Origin: Acidiferrobacterales bacterium
GTDB taxonomy: Bacteria; Pseudomonadota; Gammaproteobacteria; Arenicellales; Poriferihabitantaceae
Length of the DNA stretch: 64,000 bases
NCBI GenBank assembly: GCA_019633985.1
Contig: JAHQWE010000088.1
Location: forward strand, 12,956 to 76,955
Direction of reading: 5' to 3'
The position numbers and the translations under genes are program-made. The notes below the pieces were generated by a model. The model did not search any database. It worked only from the letters and a program-made list of their open reading frames with translations, and was not told the origin of the DNA. Shown in pieces: positions 49,302 through 58,969 of the stretch (the first letter of the stretch is position 1; each line of letters opens with the position of its first letter).

Positions 49302-49517
49302 CTACTCATCCGCCTCAATTTTCAGTTTTTCAACAATATCAACATCGAGACCCAATTGACGAATGGAAAGATGCATGGTGGCCTCGATCTCTTCTCCCAG
49401 TTTGATCGATCCATCCTCTAAACCATCGCGCACTGACTGTTCAATACAGCGTTGCGAAGTGATACCCGTTTTCTTGAGGAACTTGCGAATTTGCATGTTG
49501 AGGGCTTCTTCGTTCAT
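49302..49517 (-). CDS. Small hypothetical protein (~71 aa)
   Basis: MNEEALNMQIRKFLKKTGITSQRCIEQSV... I recall a small DUF (possibly DUF6494) starting this way. The ATG at 49517 is preferred over the TTG at 49553. Confidence 0.45.
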   Translation of the reverse strand: MNEEALNMQIRKFLKKTGITSQRCIEQSVRDGLEDGSIKLGEEIEATMHLSIRQLGLDVDIVEKLKIEADE

Positions 49518-49659
49518 GGTACGGTCGATTAGTAAATTTAACTTGATCGACAAGGATAGAGGGATTCAGCAGCGAAATACAACCGGTATGGCATATCCCT
49601 CACACCAATAGTTGGTTAATATTGCGTCAACTTCGAATTTCTAATATCCGCAGCAGTCT

Positions 49660-50508
49660 ATGGGATCAGTAACCTCCTTACATCAGCCTAAACCCGAGCA
49701 TCAGCTGTTGATGACAGACAATGGACTGGAAACTATTCATGTTGCAGAGGCGCTGGACCAATACGGTAAGCAAAGCGATATCAATATTGTCGGAGAAGTA
49801 CCTCTGACAATCAAAGTGGACGGACAAGAGCTGGTAACACTAATGACACTTGGTGCCAAACCCGAGCTGCTAGTTCTAGGTTACCTGAGAAACCAGACGT
49901 TGTTCGATTCCCCGGGGGAAATTCGATCCATTGCTGTCGACTGGGACAGAGAACTTGCCGAGGTGGAAACAGTCAGCGGTGAGGGAATAACCGGGGTCGA
50001 TACCAGCAAACGTACCGTCACTACCGGATGCGGGCAGGGAACGATTCTCAGCTGCACACTCGACAAGCTGTACGACCATCGACTCCCCGACATTACCATT
50101 CGACAATCGGATATCTATGCGGTGCTTGGCAAAATCAAGGACTTTAATCGCACCTATAGAGCGGCGGGTTCCGTGCACGGTTGTGGGCTTTGCAAGGATG
50201 GAGAGGTTTTAACTTTTGTCGAGGACGTCGGCCGTCATAACGCCATGGATTCCATTTCTGGAGAAATGTGGCTAAACGATATTAATGGCAATGACAAAAT
50301 TTTCTACACCACAGGCCGACTGACGTCTGAGATTGTGATGAAAGCAGCACTAATGGGGATCCCGGTTTTGGTTTCGCGTAATGGCACTACCAATATGGGT
50401 TATGAACTCGCTAAAGAATTGGGTGTGACGCTGATTGCCAGAGCCAAGAGTCGCCACTTCGTTGCGCTGAATACTGAGAACATGGTTTTCGACGCTATAC
50501 CCAAATAA
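49660..50508 (+). CDS. fdhD: Formate dehydrogenase accessory sulfurtransferase FdhD
   Basis: GCGLC loop, VGRHNAMD and TGRLTSEIVMKAALMGIPVLVSR, as in the FdhD family. Confidence 0.85.
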   Translation: MGSVTSLHQPKPEHQLLMTDNGLETIHVAEALDQYGKQSDINIVGEVPLTIKVDGQELVTLMTLGAKPELLVLGYLRNQTLFDSPGEIRSIAVDWDRELAEVETVSGEGITGVDTSKRTVTTGCGQGTILSCTLDKLYDHRLPDITIRQSDIYAVLGKIKDFNRTYRAAGSVHGCGLCKDGEVLTFVEDVGRHNAMDSISGEMWLNDINGNDKIFYTTGRLTSEIVMKAALMGIPVLVSRNGTTNMGYELAKELGVTLIARAKSRHFVALNTENMVFDAIPK

Positions 50509-50595
50509 AAGCGCCGAAACTCAGTTGGGTCATCCTTGACCGTCCTTGGCATAGAGACTGTGAGGGAATCTCTTGTCCTTATTTTCCGTTCAAAA

Positions 50596-51138
50596 CTAGT
50601 TCTTTGTGTCGTATAGGGGGAACAAGTAAGCTCGCTCACGATTGAGTTGTTCGGTCAGTACTTTAACCACTCGCTCCATATCCGTTCTCACATCATTCAC
50701 AAATTCAGCGTCAAAAAATTCATTTGACTGATGGTATTTACGTAGAAACACGGCGATAAGCTCGTTGGTCTTCCTGGCTCTCTCTTCAAAAATCTTAAAC
50801 CGCTCGTAGCTTCCAGATCGTTCTATTCGCAAACTCCTTCTGACGGGAACGTACATCTTTTCGCTTATCACACGCAGATGGTGACGCACGCTTTTCTCAA
50901 ACGAGGCGAACAACTCATCTGTGGTCTCGCTCCAGGGCGAGTTCAGCTGGGAAAACAGCGCTTTCTTACTGTGTTGTACAGCCTTAAAATTTGCTCGAAT
51001 TTTCGCAGGTAGTTCAGGGTCATTCTGTTCTAGAGAATAAACCTCCGAAGGAGATAGTCCTGCCGTCGGCACTCCACCCACAGGAAGATTGGCAGCATCA
51101 AGGTGAGCCTCGGAAAATTGCGCTGATTCAGTTAACAT
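50596..51138 (-). CDS. Hypothetical protein (possibly hemerythrin-like helical bundle)
   Basis: 180-aa helical ORF. The C-terminal ERAYLFPLY resembles the hemerythrin E-x2-lfP element. Weak evidence. Confidence 0.4.
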   Translation of the reverse strand: MLTESAQFSEAHLDAANLPVGGVPTAGLSPSEVYSLEQNDPELPAKIRANFKAVQHSKKALFSQLNSPWSETTDELFASFEKSVRHHLRVISEKMYVPVRRSLRIERSGSYERFKIFEERARKTNELIAVFLRKYHQSNEFFDAEFVNDVRTDMERVVKVLTEQLNRERAYLFPLYDTKN

Positions 51139-51273
51139 CTATTTACCCCAGTGTTTTTTAGAATACGCTTCGATATCGGTTGTTCTGGTTAATCGAAGTC
51201 GGCGTTGAAATTTGGTACGGGGTGGAGTAAATCTTAATGAAATCGATCATTCAAATTTTTTCTGTGAGTAGTA

Positions 51274-51318
51274 AAATTCGGCCGCTGAACGGCAAAACTA
51301 TGAAAATTCGCTGAACGA
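51274..51318. repeat. Direct repeat pair AAAATTCG(GCC)GCTGAACG, upstream of the LytTR regulator gene
   Basis: GCTGAAC occurs at 51284..51290 and 51310..51316 (26-nt period), each preceded by AAAATTCG. The reverse complement GCCGTTCAGC resembles the AlgR box ACCGTTCGTC. Confidence 0.5.
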
Positions 51319-51460
51319 AATTGGCGTTTTTCTCGCCATGAAACCCGTTATAGAGGCCATCTGGTTCTGCAAAACAGCCAATTTTCAGCAAAAATCGCTG
51401 TATTTAACCCTGGTTCATTTAGTTCTCAGGGTTGATTAAGTTTCAGTGCGCCATTATCGC

Positions 51461-51497
51461 TCTGAACAGGCATGTCACGGGTTCTGAACTGCCTGTT
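51461..51497. repeat. Second pair of TCTGAAC repeats plus inverted repeat AACAGGCA/TGCCTGTT
   Basis: TCTGAAC occurs at 51461..51467 and 51483..51489 (22-nt period). The 8-bp arms are at 51465..51472 and 51490..51497. Confidence 0.45.
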
Positions 51498-51579
51498 ATT
51501 ATCATTAAGTAAATCAATTCGTCTGATTTCACGCTACAAAGCAGGGGTCTAAAATGAAGGTTCAAAAGTATCCAGTGCA

Positions 51580-52266
51580 ATGAAATGCATGGTCATAGAT
51601 GATGACCCAATTTTTCTTGAATTAATGGGGTATTACGTATCGAAGCAACCGGCACTGGAGCTCGTTGGCAGTTATACGAACGGATTGGACTCCCTAGAGG
51701 CCATGAAAAGTCTGGCCATTGACCTGGTTTTTCTTGATATCGAAATGCCCGGGCTGAGCGGCATGGAACTGGTGAAAGACCTGAACAAGGGAGCGCAGGT
51801 CATTTTTGTGACTTCCCATGAACAATTCGCAGTAGAGGCTTTTAGTCATCAAGTAACCGACTACTTGATCAAACCCATCGATGAAGACCGGTTTTCGCAA
51901 GCAGTTTTTCGGGCTATCGAAATGCACAACCAACGGAGCCTCGCTTCTGAGCAACAGGAAATTTTTATCAAAGTTAACAATAAGTTTCAGAAAATCGCTT
52001 GTAAGGATATTCTCTCCGTAGACGCGGACGGCGACTATGTTCATATCAGAACTACCGACAAAGTGCATCTGGTTTCCAGTTCCCTAAACGCCATGGAATC
52101 CATGTTAGGGGAACAGTGTTTTTTTCGGGCTCATAGAAAGAACATTGTTCGTATCGGAGCGATTGAAAACGTGAGTAGCAAGGAAGCCACGCTCTCTGAT
52201 GGCAGCAAGATTCCGATAAGTCGAACCAAGAAATCGGAACTACTTTCTAGATTGCAATTGAATTAA
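51580..52266 (+). CDS. Two-component response regulator, LytTR (LytR/AlgR) family
   Basis: Receiver domain (VIDDD...LVFLDIEMPGLSG...SH) plus a LytTR DNA-binding domain (FFRAHRKNIVRIGAI). Confidence 0.9.
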   Translation: MKCMVIDDDPIFLELMGYYVSKQPALELVGSYTNGLDSLEAMKSLAIDLVFLDIEMPGLSGMELVKDLNKGAQVIFVTSHEQFAVEAFSHQVTDYLIKPIDEDRFSQAVFRAIEMHNQRSLASEQQEIFIKVNNKFQKIACKDILSVDADGDYVHIRTTDKVHLVSSSLNAMESMLGEQCFFRAHRKNIVRIGAIENVSSKEATLSDGSKIPISRTKKSELLSRLQLN

Positions 52267-52268
52267 CA

Positions 52269-52625
52269 ATGGATCACCAAAACTTTTCAGATGAATTGCT
52301 CGAGATTCGCCACCGGTTTCTCAGAAGCCTTCCTGAACGAGTACGCCTGCTGGAAACTGCAATGTCTGATTTGACCTGGTCGACCTCACCAAAACCGGAG
52401 GAGAACTTTGAAACCCTTTACAGTCTTACCCATCAACTGGTGGGCACAGCAGGATCTGTAGGTTTTCCTGCCCTATCTGAAACCGCAAAGAGCCTTAATC
52501 TGGTGCTCAGAGAAATACGCACAATGAATCATCAGTTAATTACCGATGATAATTTGGCAGAAATAAACTCTAACTTCTCGGCACTTTCAGAAGAAGCAAA
52601 ACGTTGCCTGAGTCTCAGTGAATAA
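52269..52625 (+). CDS. Histidine phosphotransfer (Hpt) protein
   Basis: LTHQLVGTAGSVGF matches the Hpt H-x-l-K/V-G-s-a-g-x-x-G motif. 118 aa; starts 2 nt after the regulator gene. Confidence 0.8.
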   Translation: MDHQNFSDELLEIRHRFLRSLPERVRLLETAMSDLTWSTSPKPEENFETLYSLTHQLVGTAGSVGFPALSETAKSLNLVLREIRTMNHQLITDDNLAEINSNFSALSEEAKRCLSLSE

Positions 52626-53694
52626 CGCACTTGCATTCACCGGCATGTCACGCTGCTCCCACTCTGCCCTCTACGTTCTCCGCGGAACAAAATGGTTGCT
52701 TACTCTCTTCTGCCTCATGGGGCTATTAACATCACCTGTTATCCTTGCAACGAATATCACAGACTCAGGCCTCATTCGTATCGGAACCGGCGGCCCCAAG
52801 GGTACGTACTATCCCATTGGAAGTTTGATAGCGAGCGCCGTAAGTGACACCAGCGCGTTCAAGACTTGTCAGACCTCACCATGCGACCAACCACCTATTC
52901 TCGCAGTGCATCAAACATCAAACGGTTCCATCGCAAATGCGATGGATATTCAGAGCGGCAGTCTGGAAGCCGGTTTAGTACAGTCCGATATCGCACACTG
53001 GGCTTTTACCGGCACCGGCGTATTACAAGGCGACAAACCTGCCAAACAACTTAGAGCTGTTGGTAGCTTATATACCGAAAGCTTTCATCTAGTTGCGCGT
53101 AAGGACGCCAACATTCAAACAGTACGAGACTTGAGAAATAAGCGCGTGTCGTTAGATGAGCCTGGTTCCGGTACTCTAGTTGATGCCACCCTGTTGCTGA
53201 ATGCCTATGGGCTTCAACCTGCCGACCTGAAAGCAGAATATATTAAAGCCGAAATTGCTAAATCCAAACTACTTGAAGGTCGATTGGACGCCTTTTTTAT
53301 CGTTGGTGGTTTTCCCGTATCTATCATTGCGGAACTGGCTGAAACAGGAAAAATCACACTGGTGCCTATAGATGGGCCAGAGAAGGCTGGATTGTTATCG
53401 AATAACCAGTTTTTCTCAGAAAATCTGATTCCGGCCGGAACCTATAGCAATATCGGTGAGACCGCCACCATCGGCGTTGGCGCATTACTACTGGTGACTT
53501 CCATGCTGGAAGAAAACATCGTGTACAAGTTGACCAAAGAACTCTGGAGCGCAAAGACCCGAAAAATACTTTCTGCGGGTCACCAGAAAGGCAAGGAGAT
53601 TCGATTTACAAATATGAATAAAGGCGTATCCGTACCTTTCCACCCTGGAGCATTGCGACTTTACAGTGAGCTCGGCGTGCCAATAAATCCGTAG
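52618..53694 (+). CDS. TAXI-family (TRAP-associated) periplasmic solute-binding protein; no TRAP membrane genes nearby
   Basis: N-terminal hydrophobic anchor/signal, then IRIGTGGPKGTYYPIGSLIA and ...GVSVPFHPGA as recalled for TAXI receptors. GTG start overlaps the Hpt gene by 8 nt. Confidence 0.75.
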   Translation: MNNALAFTGMSRCSHSALYVLRGTKWLLTLFCLMGLLTSPVILATNITDSGLIRIGTGGPKGTYYPIGSLIASAVSDTSAFKTCQTSPCDQPPILAVHQTSNGSIANAMDIQSGSLEAGLVQSDIAHWAFTGTGVLQGDKPAKQLRAVGSLYTESFHLVARKDANIQTVRDLRNKRVSLDEPGSGTLVDATLLLNAYGLQPADLKAEYIKAEIAKSKLLEGRLDAFFIVGGFPVSIIAELAETGKITLVPIDGPEKAGLLSNNQFFSENLIPAGTYSNIGETATIGVGALLLVTSMLEENIVYKLTKELWSAKTRKILSAGHQKGKEIRFTNMNKGVSVPFHPGALRLYSELGVPINP

Positions 53695-53718
53695 CCTTAC
53701 GTATCTAGGATGTAACTC

Positions 53719-55908
53719 GTGACCCTTTCAAAAAATAGATACTTTGCCACTATTGTCATAGCACTGATTCTCTTCGCGGTTTTATTCGGTGTTTACTATG
53801 TGCAGACGACATTGCGGGATATCGAGTCGGCACTACCCTTTCAGATCGTCAAGGAAAAAACCGCTCTCACGGGACTCACAGATAAGCTGGGGGATTTAGT
53901 CAACTCCATTTCTGACTTGAAGGCAGCGCCTGAAAACGCCGAATTACATCGAAATACAATGTTGAGCTTAGCCTCAACAGAAGATGAGCTTAAGTTTATA
54001 CGCGACACATACCGTTTCGAAAACCAGCTTGGTGCAACCGCTTTCCACGCTGTGATATATCCCGCGCTTTTTGATATTCGGCGTTGGATGACTGATGGCG
54101 TGCACGACCTCCCAGCAACTTCTAACCTGGTGTTGACATTACTTGAAACAAGATCAAAGGAAGCACTTGTCAGATCAAAGAAGCTTGATACAGCAGCTAA
54201 TCTATTGGCTGAAAACAAGATGTCTGAGCAATCAGAAAACATCAATCGCTTCCGCGATATCGCCACTTTTGGTTTGATTGCCTTTGTGTTGCTAACCGGG
54301 TGGTTAGTTATCCTGATTTGGCGTCAGTTCGCCATTACGGAAAAACTGCAACACAGCGAATACCGATTCCGAGAGTTTGCGAATATTACTTCCGATTTCC
54401 TCTGGGAGACGGACAAGGATCTAAAAACCACATATCTCTCTGAAAAATTTGAGAACCTCACTGGTTTAAGCGCAGCAACGACACTGGGACAGGCATTGCA
54501 CCCCTCCCTTTTCAACAGCAAAGCGACAAAGCAGGAAGAACAGCTATTCGAAGAAGCATTTGCGTCCGGTCGTCCTGTAAAAGGCATCACGCTCCAACTC
54601 AGCGCGGGGCACAACGTGAGTAAGTATTTACAAATTGACGCCAAGCCTATGAGAAACCGGCACGGCGTTTTGACTGGATATCGCGGCGGAATGAAGGACA
54701 TTACTGAGCTTACCTATGCGCTAAGAACGGCCGAAGAAATGAAAGGCCTCGCTGAATCAGCCAACCAGGCAAAAACCAATTTTCTCGCCAACATGAGCCA
54801 CGAAATCCGATCACCCATCGCGATTATCACCGGCATGACCGATCTGTTGCTCGATTCTGTGCGTGACGTGCAAAACGCCAAATTTTTACGGACAATCAAG
54901 GACTCTAGCGAAAGCCTGTTAAGCCTGATCAACCGGATTCTGGATGTTTCGAAAATTGAATCTGAAAAGATGCCACTTTCTTACGTTAAGTTTGATGTGG
55001 CGGAAATGGCTGAAAGCATTCGATTTGCCTACGAGCAAATTGTAAAAAACAAGGACATAAAGGTAGAACTCGAAGTTGATCGAACAATCGAAAGGGAACA
55101 GATAGGCGACAAATTTCGGGTCGAGCAGGTATTACGAAACCTGGTTGATAATGCCGCAAAGTTCACTGAAGCAGGACAAATACTGATACAAATCAAACCA
55201 ACGGATCAACCCAATACACTTGAATTTGTGGTCTCCGACTCGGGAGTGGGAATTCCAGAGAAGAAACAGAAAAAGCTGTTCGAGCCGTTTACACAGGCGG
55301 ATGACTCCACCGCCAGAAAATACGGAGGCACAGGACTCGGCCTTGCGATTTGTAAACAGTTGGTCGAACGCATGGGTGGAGAGCTTTCGCTAGAGAGTCA
55401 GCTGGGAGGCGGTAGCAAATTCACTTTTTCGATCGCCTTTCAGAGTGAAGATCCTGTTGATCGTGCAGCCCTGAAAATGCACAAGGAGGAATGCAGGACA
55501 AGGAATAATCTCAAAATTCTGATTGCCGAAGACGACCCCATCATGGCGATGATTTTTAAAGAAAACCTTCGGGAATTTGATCACCAGATTTCAGTTGCTG
55601 AAAATGGCAAAGAGGCGGTGAGAACATTTGACGAGATGGAATTCGATATCGTTTTTCTGGATATCCATATGCCTGAGATGGATGGTTACGAGGCGGTAAG
55701 CCAAATTCGAGCTACTCAGAAAGAAGGGCAACAAAAAAATTTCCCTATCGTTGCGCTCTCGGCAAGCGTTCTCTCCTCCGATATTGATCGATGTCTGCGT
55801 TCAGGGTTTACTACCCACATCAGTAAACCGTTCAATCGAGACGACTTGATACAGTGCATTGCAGATCTCACCAAAATGACTGAAGAAAATCAGGAAAGAG
55901 AAAACTGA
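53719..55908 (+). CDS. Hybrid sensor histidine kinase / response regulator (2 TM, periplasmic domain, PAS, HisKA, HATPase, REC)
   Basis: H box [11 protein letters not shown] box LVDNAAKF, G boxes DSGVGI and GGTGLGLAI, and a receiver ILIAEDDP...[12 protein letters not shown]...SKP. TM segments flank a ~155-aa external region. Confidence 0.9.
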   Translation: MTLSKNRYFATIVIALILFAVLFGVYYVQTTLRDIESALPFQIVKEKTALTGLTDKLGDLVNSISDLKAAPENAELHRNTMLSLASTEDELKFIRDTYRFENQLGATAFHAVIYPALFDIRRWMTDGVHDLPATSNLVLTLLETRSKEALVRSKKLDTAANLLAENKMSEQSENINRFRDIATFGLIAFVLLTGWLVILIWRQFAITEKLQHSEYRFREFANITSDFLWETDKDLKTTYLSEKFENLTGLSAATTLGQALHPSLFNSKATKQEEQLFEEAFASGRPVKGITLQLSAGHNVSKYLQIDAKPMRNRHGVLTGYRGGMKDITELTYALRTAEEMKGLAESANQAKTNFLANMSHEIRSPIAIITGMTDLLLDSVRDVQNAKFLRTIKDSSESLLSLINRILDVSKIESEKMPLSYVKFDVAEMAESIRFAYEQIVKNKDIKVELEVDRTIEREQIGDKFRVEQVLRNLVDNAAKFTEAGQILIQIKPTDQPNTLEFVVSDSGVGIPEKKQKKLFEPFTQADDSTARKYGGTGLGLAICKQLVERMGGELSLESQLGGGSKFTFSIAFQSEDPVDRAALKMHKEECRTRNNLKILIAEDDPIMAMIFKENLREFDHQISVAENGKEAVRTFDEMEFDIVFLDIHMPEMDGYEAVSQIRATQKEGQQKNFPIVALSASVLSSDIDRCLRSGFTTHISKPFNRDDLIQCIADLTKMTEENQEREN

Positions 55909-55966
55909 CAGCTTTCATCTCCATATGGTTGAAAGAGACCCAGCAATATGGAGGCATCTGAACCGT

Positions 55967-57865
55967 CTAACCGAAATACTGACGCGCTGACTGACACTGA
56001 AGGTCGGTAAGTTCGACATTGTTCCCCGACGTCTCAGCAGACATCAAGTTGTTTGAATCCGCAACGTGGCGGCCGTCGTTGGACAGTATATGAAAGAGTT
56101 CGTGCGCGATTGTGACATCGAGATCCCTCGCTCCAAGAGCAACCCAAAGTGAATTTTTTAACCAGGGTCTGCTGCGAGTATTACCCTCACCGAATGCCTC
56201 CGCCTCATACTGAATGTGCATTCTGCTGTCTCTCGCAAAAACCAGAGTGATGGCATCCGCTGTTCCATCCACAGGTCTCAGTTTATGGAATGCGCTCAGT
56301 ACGGTATGCGCAGTTCCGACTGAGAGATCTTTGAGATAGGCGTCGGATTTCATCTTAAATGTCTCTCGGCTCTGTATTGCAATCTTGCAAGTTGACAGCA
56401 CTTTGGCGGCAGCAGAGATCGCCAGCTGTACCTCTTCTACGTTCCATCTCTCATCCAGAAGCAAAATACGCACATCAACACCGTCGCTCTCAGCGCTCAT
56501 TTCCTCACTCGTACTTTCCACAAATTTAAATGAGACTTCAGCGGTGAACGCACGTGGATCGGGTATATAGCCAGTGCTGATATATTGTTGATTTCCTGCA
56601 GGCAATGCAAAGCTCTTTATACGCTCTATCAGCTCTTTTGCTGACAACAAAGCGTCTTCGGATAAAATATTTGCCGCCAACGCCGCGACACGCGACACGG
56701 CATAGCTTGATCCGGAGACTTCCCGAAAGTCGCCGCTAAAATCAATAGCCTGAACCGATTCAGCAGGAACAGAAAAATCGACAGATCGTTTACCCCAATT
56801 GGTGCGTTCAGCGGGTCGGATAAAGTCGTCGGCAGAGGTCACTACGACCATATTGTCGATATCCAGAGAAGCCGGATAGATGGGTTGACTATCGATATCG
56901 ACACCGTTATTTCCCGCCGATACCACAAACAAAATATGCGGATTTGCTTTCGCTGCCTGCTCAAACGCCAACCAATCCGATTCCTTCCGACTTCCTAGTG
57001 GCATTCCGATAATACGCACACCGAGACTATCTGCGTGGGTCACCAGGGCTTTCATTCGCGTCATATCCGGCCTCGGGTAACGATAGGACACCACTCTAGC
57101 GGCGGGGGATTCTTCCATCAATATGGAAGCAGTTCGCGTACCATGGCGCTGAACAAAAAATGGCGAACCCGGAGCCTGTGAATCAAAAAACTGAGAATCC
57201 AAATCCCAAAAATCATAACCAAGCATGTTACCGAACTGGTCCCGAGCAAGCCCGAGCTGTATTTGTGGTAATTGATAATTCACACCGGAATCTACCAACG
57301 CCACAAGCACCGATTGCGTTGCAGACGCCCCCGTAAGTATTGGCAGAGGCGGATTGAGCGGCTCAGAGCGCAAAGATTGAAAATCTGCACTGAATATATC
57401 CAGGGTTACAGCGATATCTCCCTGATACTCGAGATAGCGCCCCTGTTGTAACGCGCAAGTTGGATCCATACCCAGAAATATAACGGGCGCCAGTCGAAGT
57501 GCAGTAGTTGGTGCTGAGATTTCGGCGACAAATCGTTCCTGCTGACCGCTGGGACGCACGTGGTCTAGGCGGACAGCAAATCGGTCTTCAAACTGAAATT
57601 GATACCGCTCTCCAACTTTCTGCTGACGAAACAAGATGGGTTCTGGCTTGGGTAACTCACTGTCGGAAAGAATTTTTTGACAGGCAGTTTGTGCCTGCGC
57701 GATCACCCGGTGCTCTTCCGGCGAAAGCGTAAACGCATACGTTGGTTGAAAATACCATAAGCCAAAGATCAAAAACCAGGTGATTGGAGATGCACATCGC
57801 ACAATCCGGTGTAGGTGAAATTCCTTCGCTTTTTGTCTTAGTGCTGCGCCTGTTTGGTTTAACAT
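55967..57865 (-). CDS. Membrane-anchored S8 (subtilisin-like) serine peptidase with a C-terminal HExxH domain
   Basis: Catalytic triad contexts VALVDSGV, HGTRTASIL and SGSSYAVSRVAALAA, plus oxyanion SAGNNG. The C-terminal ~200 aa end with TIAHELFHIL (HExxH). N-terminal hydrophobic anchor. Confidence 0.8.
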   Translation of the reverse strand: MLNQTGAALRQKAKEFHLHRIVRCASPITWFLIFGLWYFQPTYAFTLSPEEHRVIAQAQTACQKILSDSELPKPEPILFRQQKVGERYQFQFEDRFAVRLDHVRPSGQQERFVAEISAPTTALRLAPVIFLGMDPTCALQQGRYLEYQGDIAVTLDIFSADFQSLRSEPLNPPLPILTGASATQSVLVALVDSGVNYQLPQIQLGLARDQFGNMLGYDFWDLDSQFFDSQAPGSPFFVQRHGTRTASILMEESPAARVVSYRYPRPDMTRMKALVTHADSLGVRIIGMPLGSRKESDWLAFEQAAKANPHILFVVSAGNNGVDIDSQPIYPASLDIDNMVVVTSADDFIRPAERTNWGKRSVDFSVPAESVQAIDFSGDFREVSGSSYAVSRVAALAANILSEDALLSAKELIERIKSFALPAGNQQYISTGYIPDPRAFTAEVSFKFVESTSEEMSAESDGVDVRILLLDERWNVEEVQLAISAAAKVLSTCKIAIQSRETFKMKSDAYLKDLSVGTAHTVLSAFHKLRPVDGTADAITLVFARDSRMHIQYEAEAFGEGNTRSRPWLKNSLWVALGARDLDVTIAHELFHILSNDGRHVADSNNLMSAETSGNNVELTDLQCQSARQYFG

Positions 57866-57868
57866 GTT

Positions 57869-58180
57869 CTAATCAGGTTTATTGTCATAACGAGCTACTT
57901 TTTGTTTCGAAGACCAGTCGATGTGTTTCGAAAGCAATGGGTCAGCTAGTATCTTACCCTTATCGTTGTAGTGCTTCGCGAGTGTCATCTCATCATATAA
58001 ACGATGCAACCCCCTGTGACACAATAGACAAATATAGATACCGAGATTCAGTGTATCTCTAGTATAGCGTTTGCGAAAACTCGCCCTTCTGTGCAGCTTG
58101 CGCGGAATCAGATGATGAAAAGTCAAATCGCGATTTCTTTTGCACAACTCACACTCTGACTGTTGATGCTTACGGGTCAC
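57869..58180 (-). CDS. Small HNH endonuclease-fold protein (YajD-like)
   Basis: CELCKRN...FHHLIPRKLH...CLLCHRGLH (CxxC...HH...CxxCH). GTG start. The stop lies 3 nt before the peptidase ATG. Confidence 0.75.
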   Translation of the reverse strand: MTRKHQQSECELCKRNRDLTFHHLIPRKLHRRASFRKRYTRDTLNLGIYICLLCHRGLHRLYDEMTLAKHYNDKGKILADPLLSKHIDWSSKQKVARYDNKPD

Positions 58181-58263
58181 TATATTGATGCTTGCTTTCC
58201 AGTATCTGTTTTGCCATAAACATCTGTTAAAGTGAACTCCTCTTAAGAATCATATTGCTGAAA

Positions 58264-58875
58264 ATGAAAGAAACAGCACTGTTGGTCATTGATGTCCAAA
58301 ACGATTTTTGCCCGGGTGGCGCGCTGGCGGTAGAACACGGTGACCAGGTGGTCGAACCCATCAATACTATGATCGACCGTTTCGAAAACATTGTTTTAAC
58401 GCAGGACTGGCATCCGTCAGATCACATTAGCTTTGCAAGTAACCACAATAATGCTGCACCATTCGAGATGATCACTCTTGAGTATGGCGAGCAAACTTTG
58501 TGGCCAGATCATTGTGTCGCAGCAGATAAGGGAGCGGAATTCCATAAGGATCTGAACTCCCACGCGGCCCAGATGGTGGTTAGAAAGGGTTTTCGAAGTC
58601 AGATCGACAGCTATTCTGCGTTCTTCGAAAATGACCAGACAACCCCTACCGGACTCCACGGCTATCTTCAGGAACGAGGCATCAAAGCGCTGATACTATG
58701 TGGTTTGGCGACCGATTATTGCGTCGCCTGGTCGGCACTCGATGCCGCAAAGTTGGGATACAAAGCAAAGGTGGTTTTACCTGCATGTCGTGCCATCGAT
58801 CTTGCAGGCTCACTTGCGGCTCAGATCGAGAACATGACCAATGCCGGAATCGAAATACAAGACACTATCACTTGA
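58264..58875 (+). CDS. pncA: Nicotinamidase/pyrazinamidase
   Basis: LLVIDVQNDFCPGGALAV, QDWHP and the catalytic Cys context LCGLATDYCV. ATG at 58264. Confidence 0.9.
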   Translation: MKETALLVIDVQNDFCPGGALAVEHGDQVVEPINTMIDRFENIVLTQDWHPSDHISFASNHNNAAPFEMITLEYGEQTLWPDHCVAADKGAEFHKDLNSHAAQMVVRKGFRSQIDSYSAFFENDQTTPTGLHGYLQERGIKALILCGLATDYCVAWSALDAAKLGYKAKVVLPACRAIDLAGSLAAQIENMTNAGIEIQDTIT

Positions 58876-58969
58876 TTGATTAATTGATTAATAGATTGAT
58901 TGAGCCAATCACACCAGTTCTCTTACTTCAGCATATCGCACTATCTTACTCATATCTGATTGGAGTGCA

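Noticed and set aside
55921-55952. Inverted repeat CTCCATAT...ATATGGAG between the convergent kinase and peptidase genes, considered as a bidirectional terminator.
   Set aside because: The 8-bp AT-rich stem has a ~16-nt loop and no flanking T/A runs, which is too weak to call.
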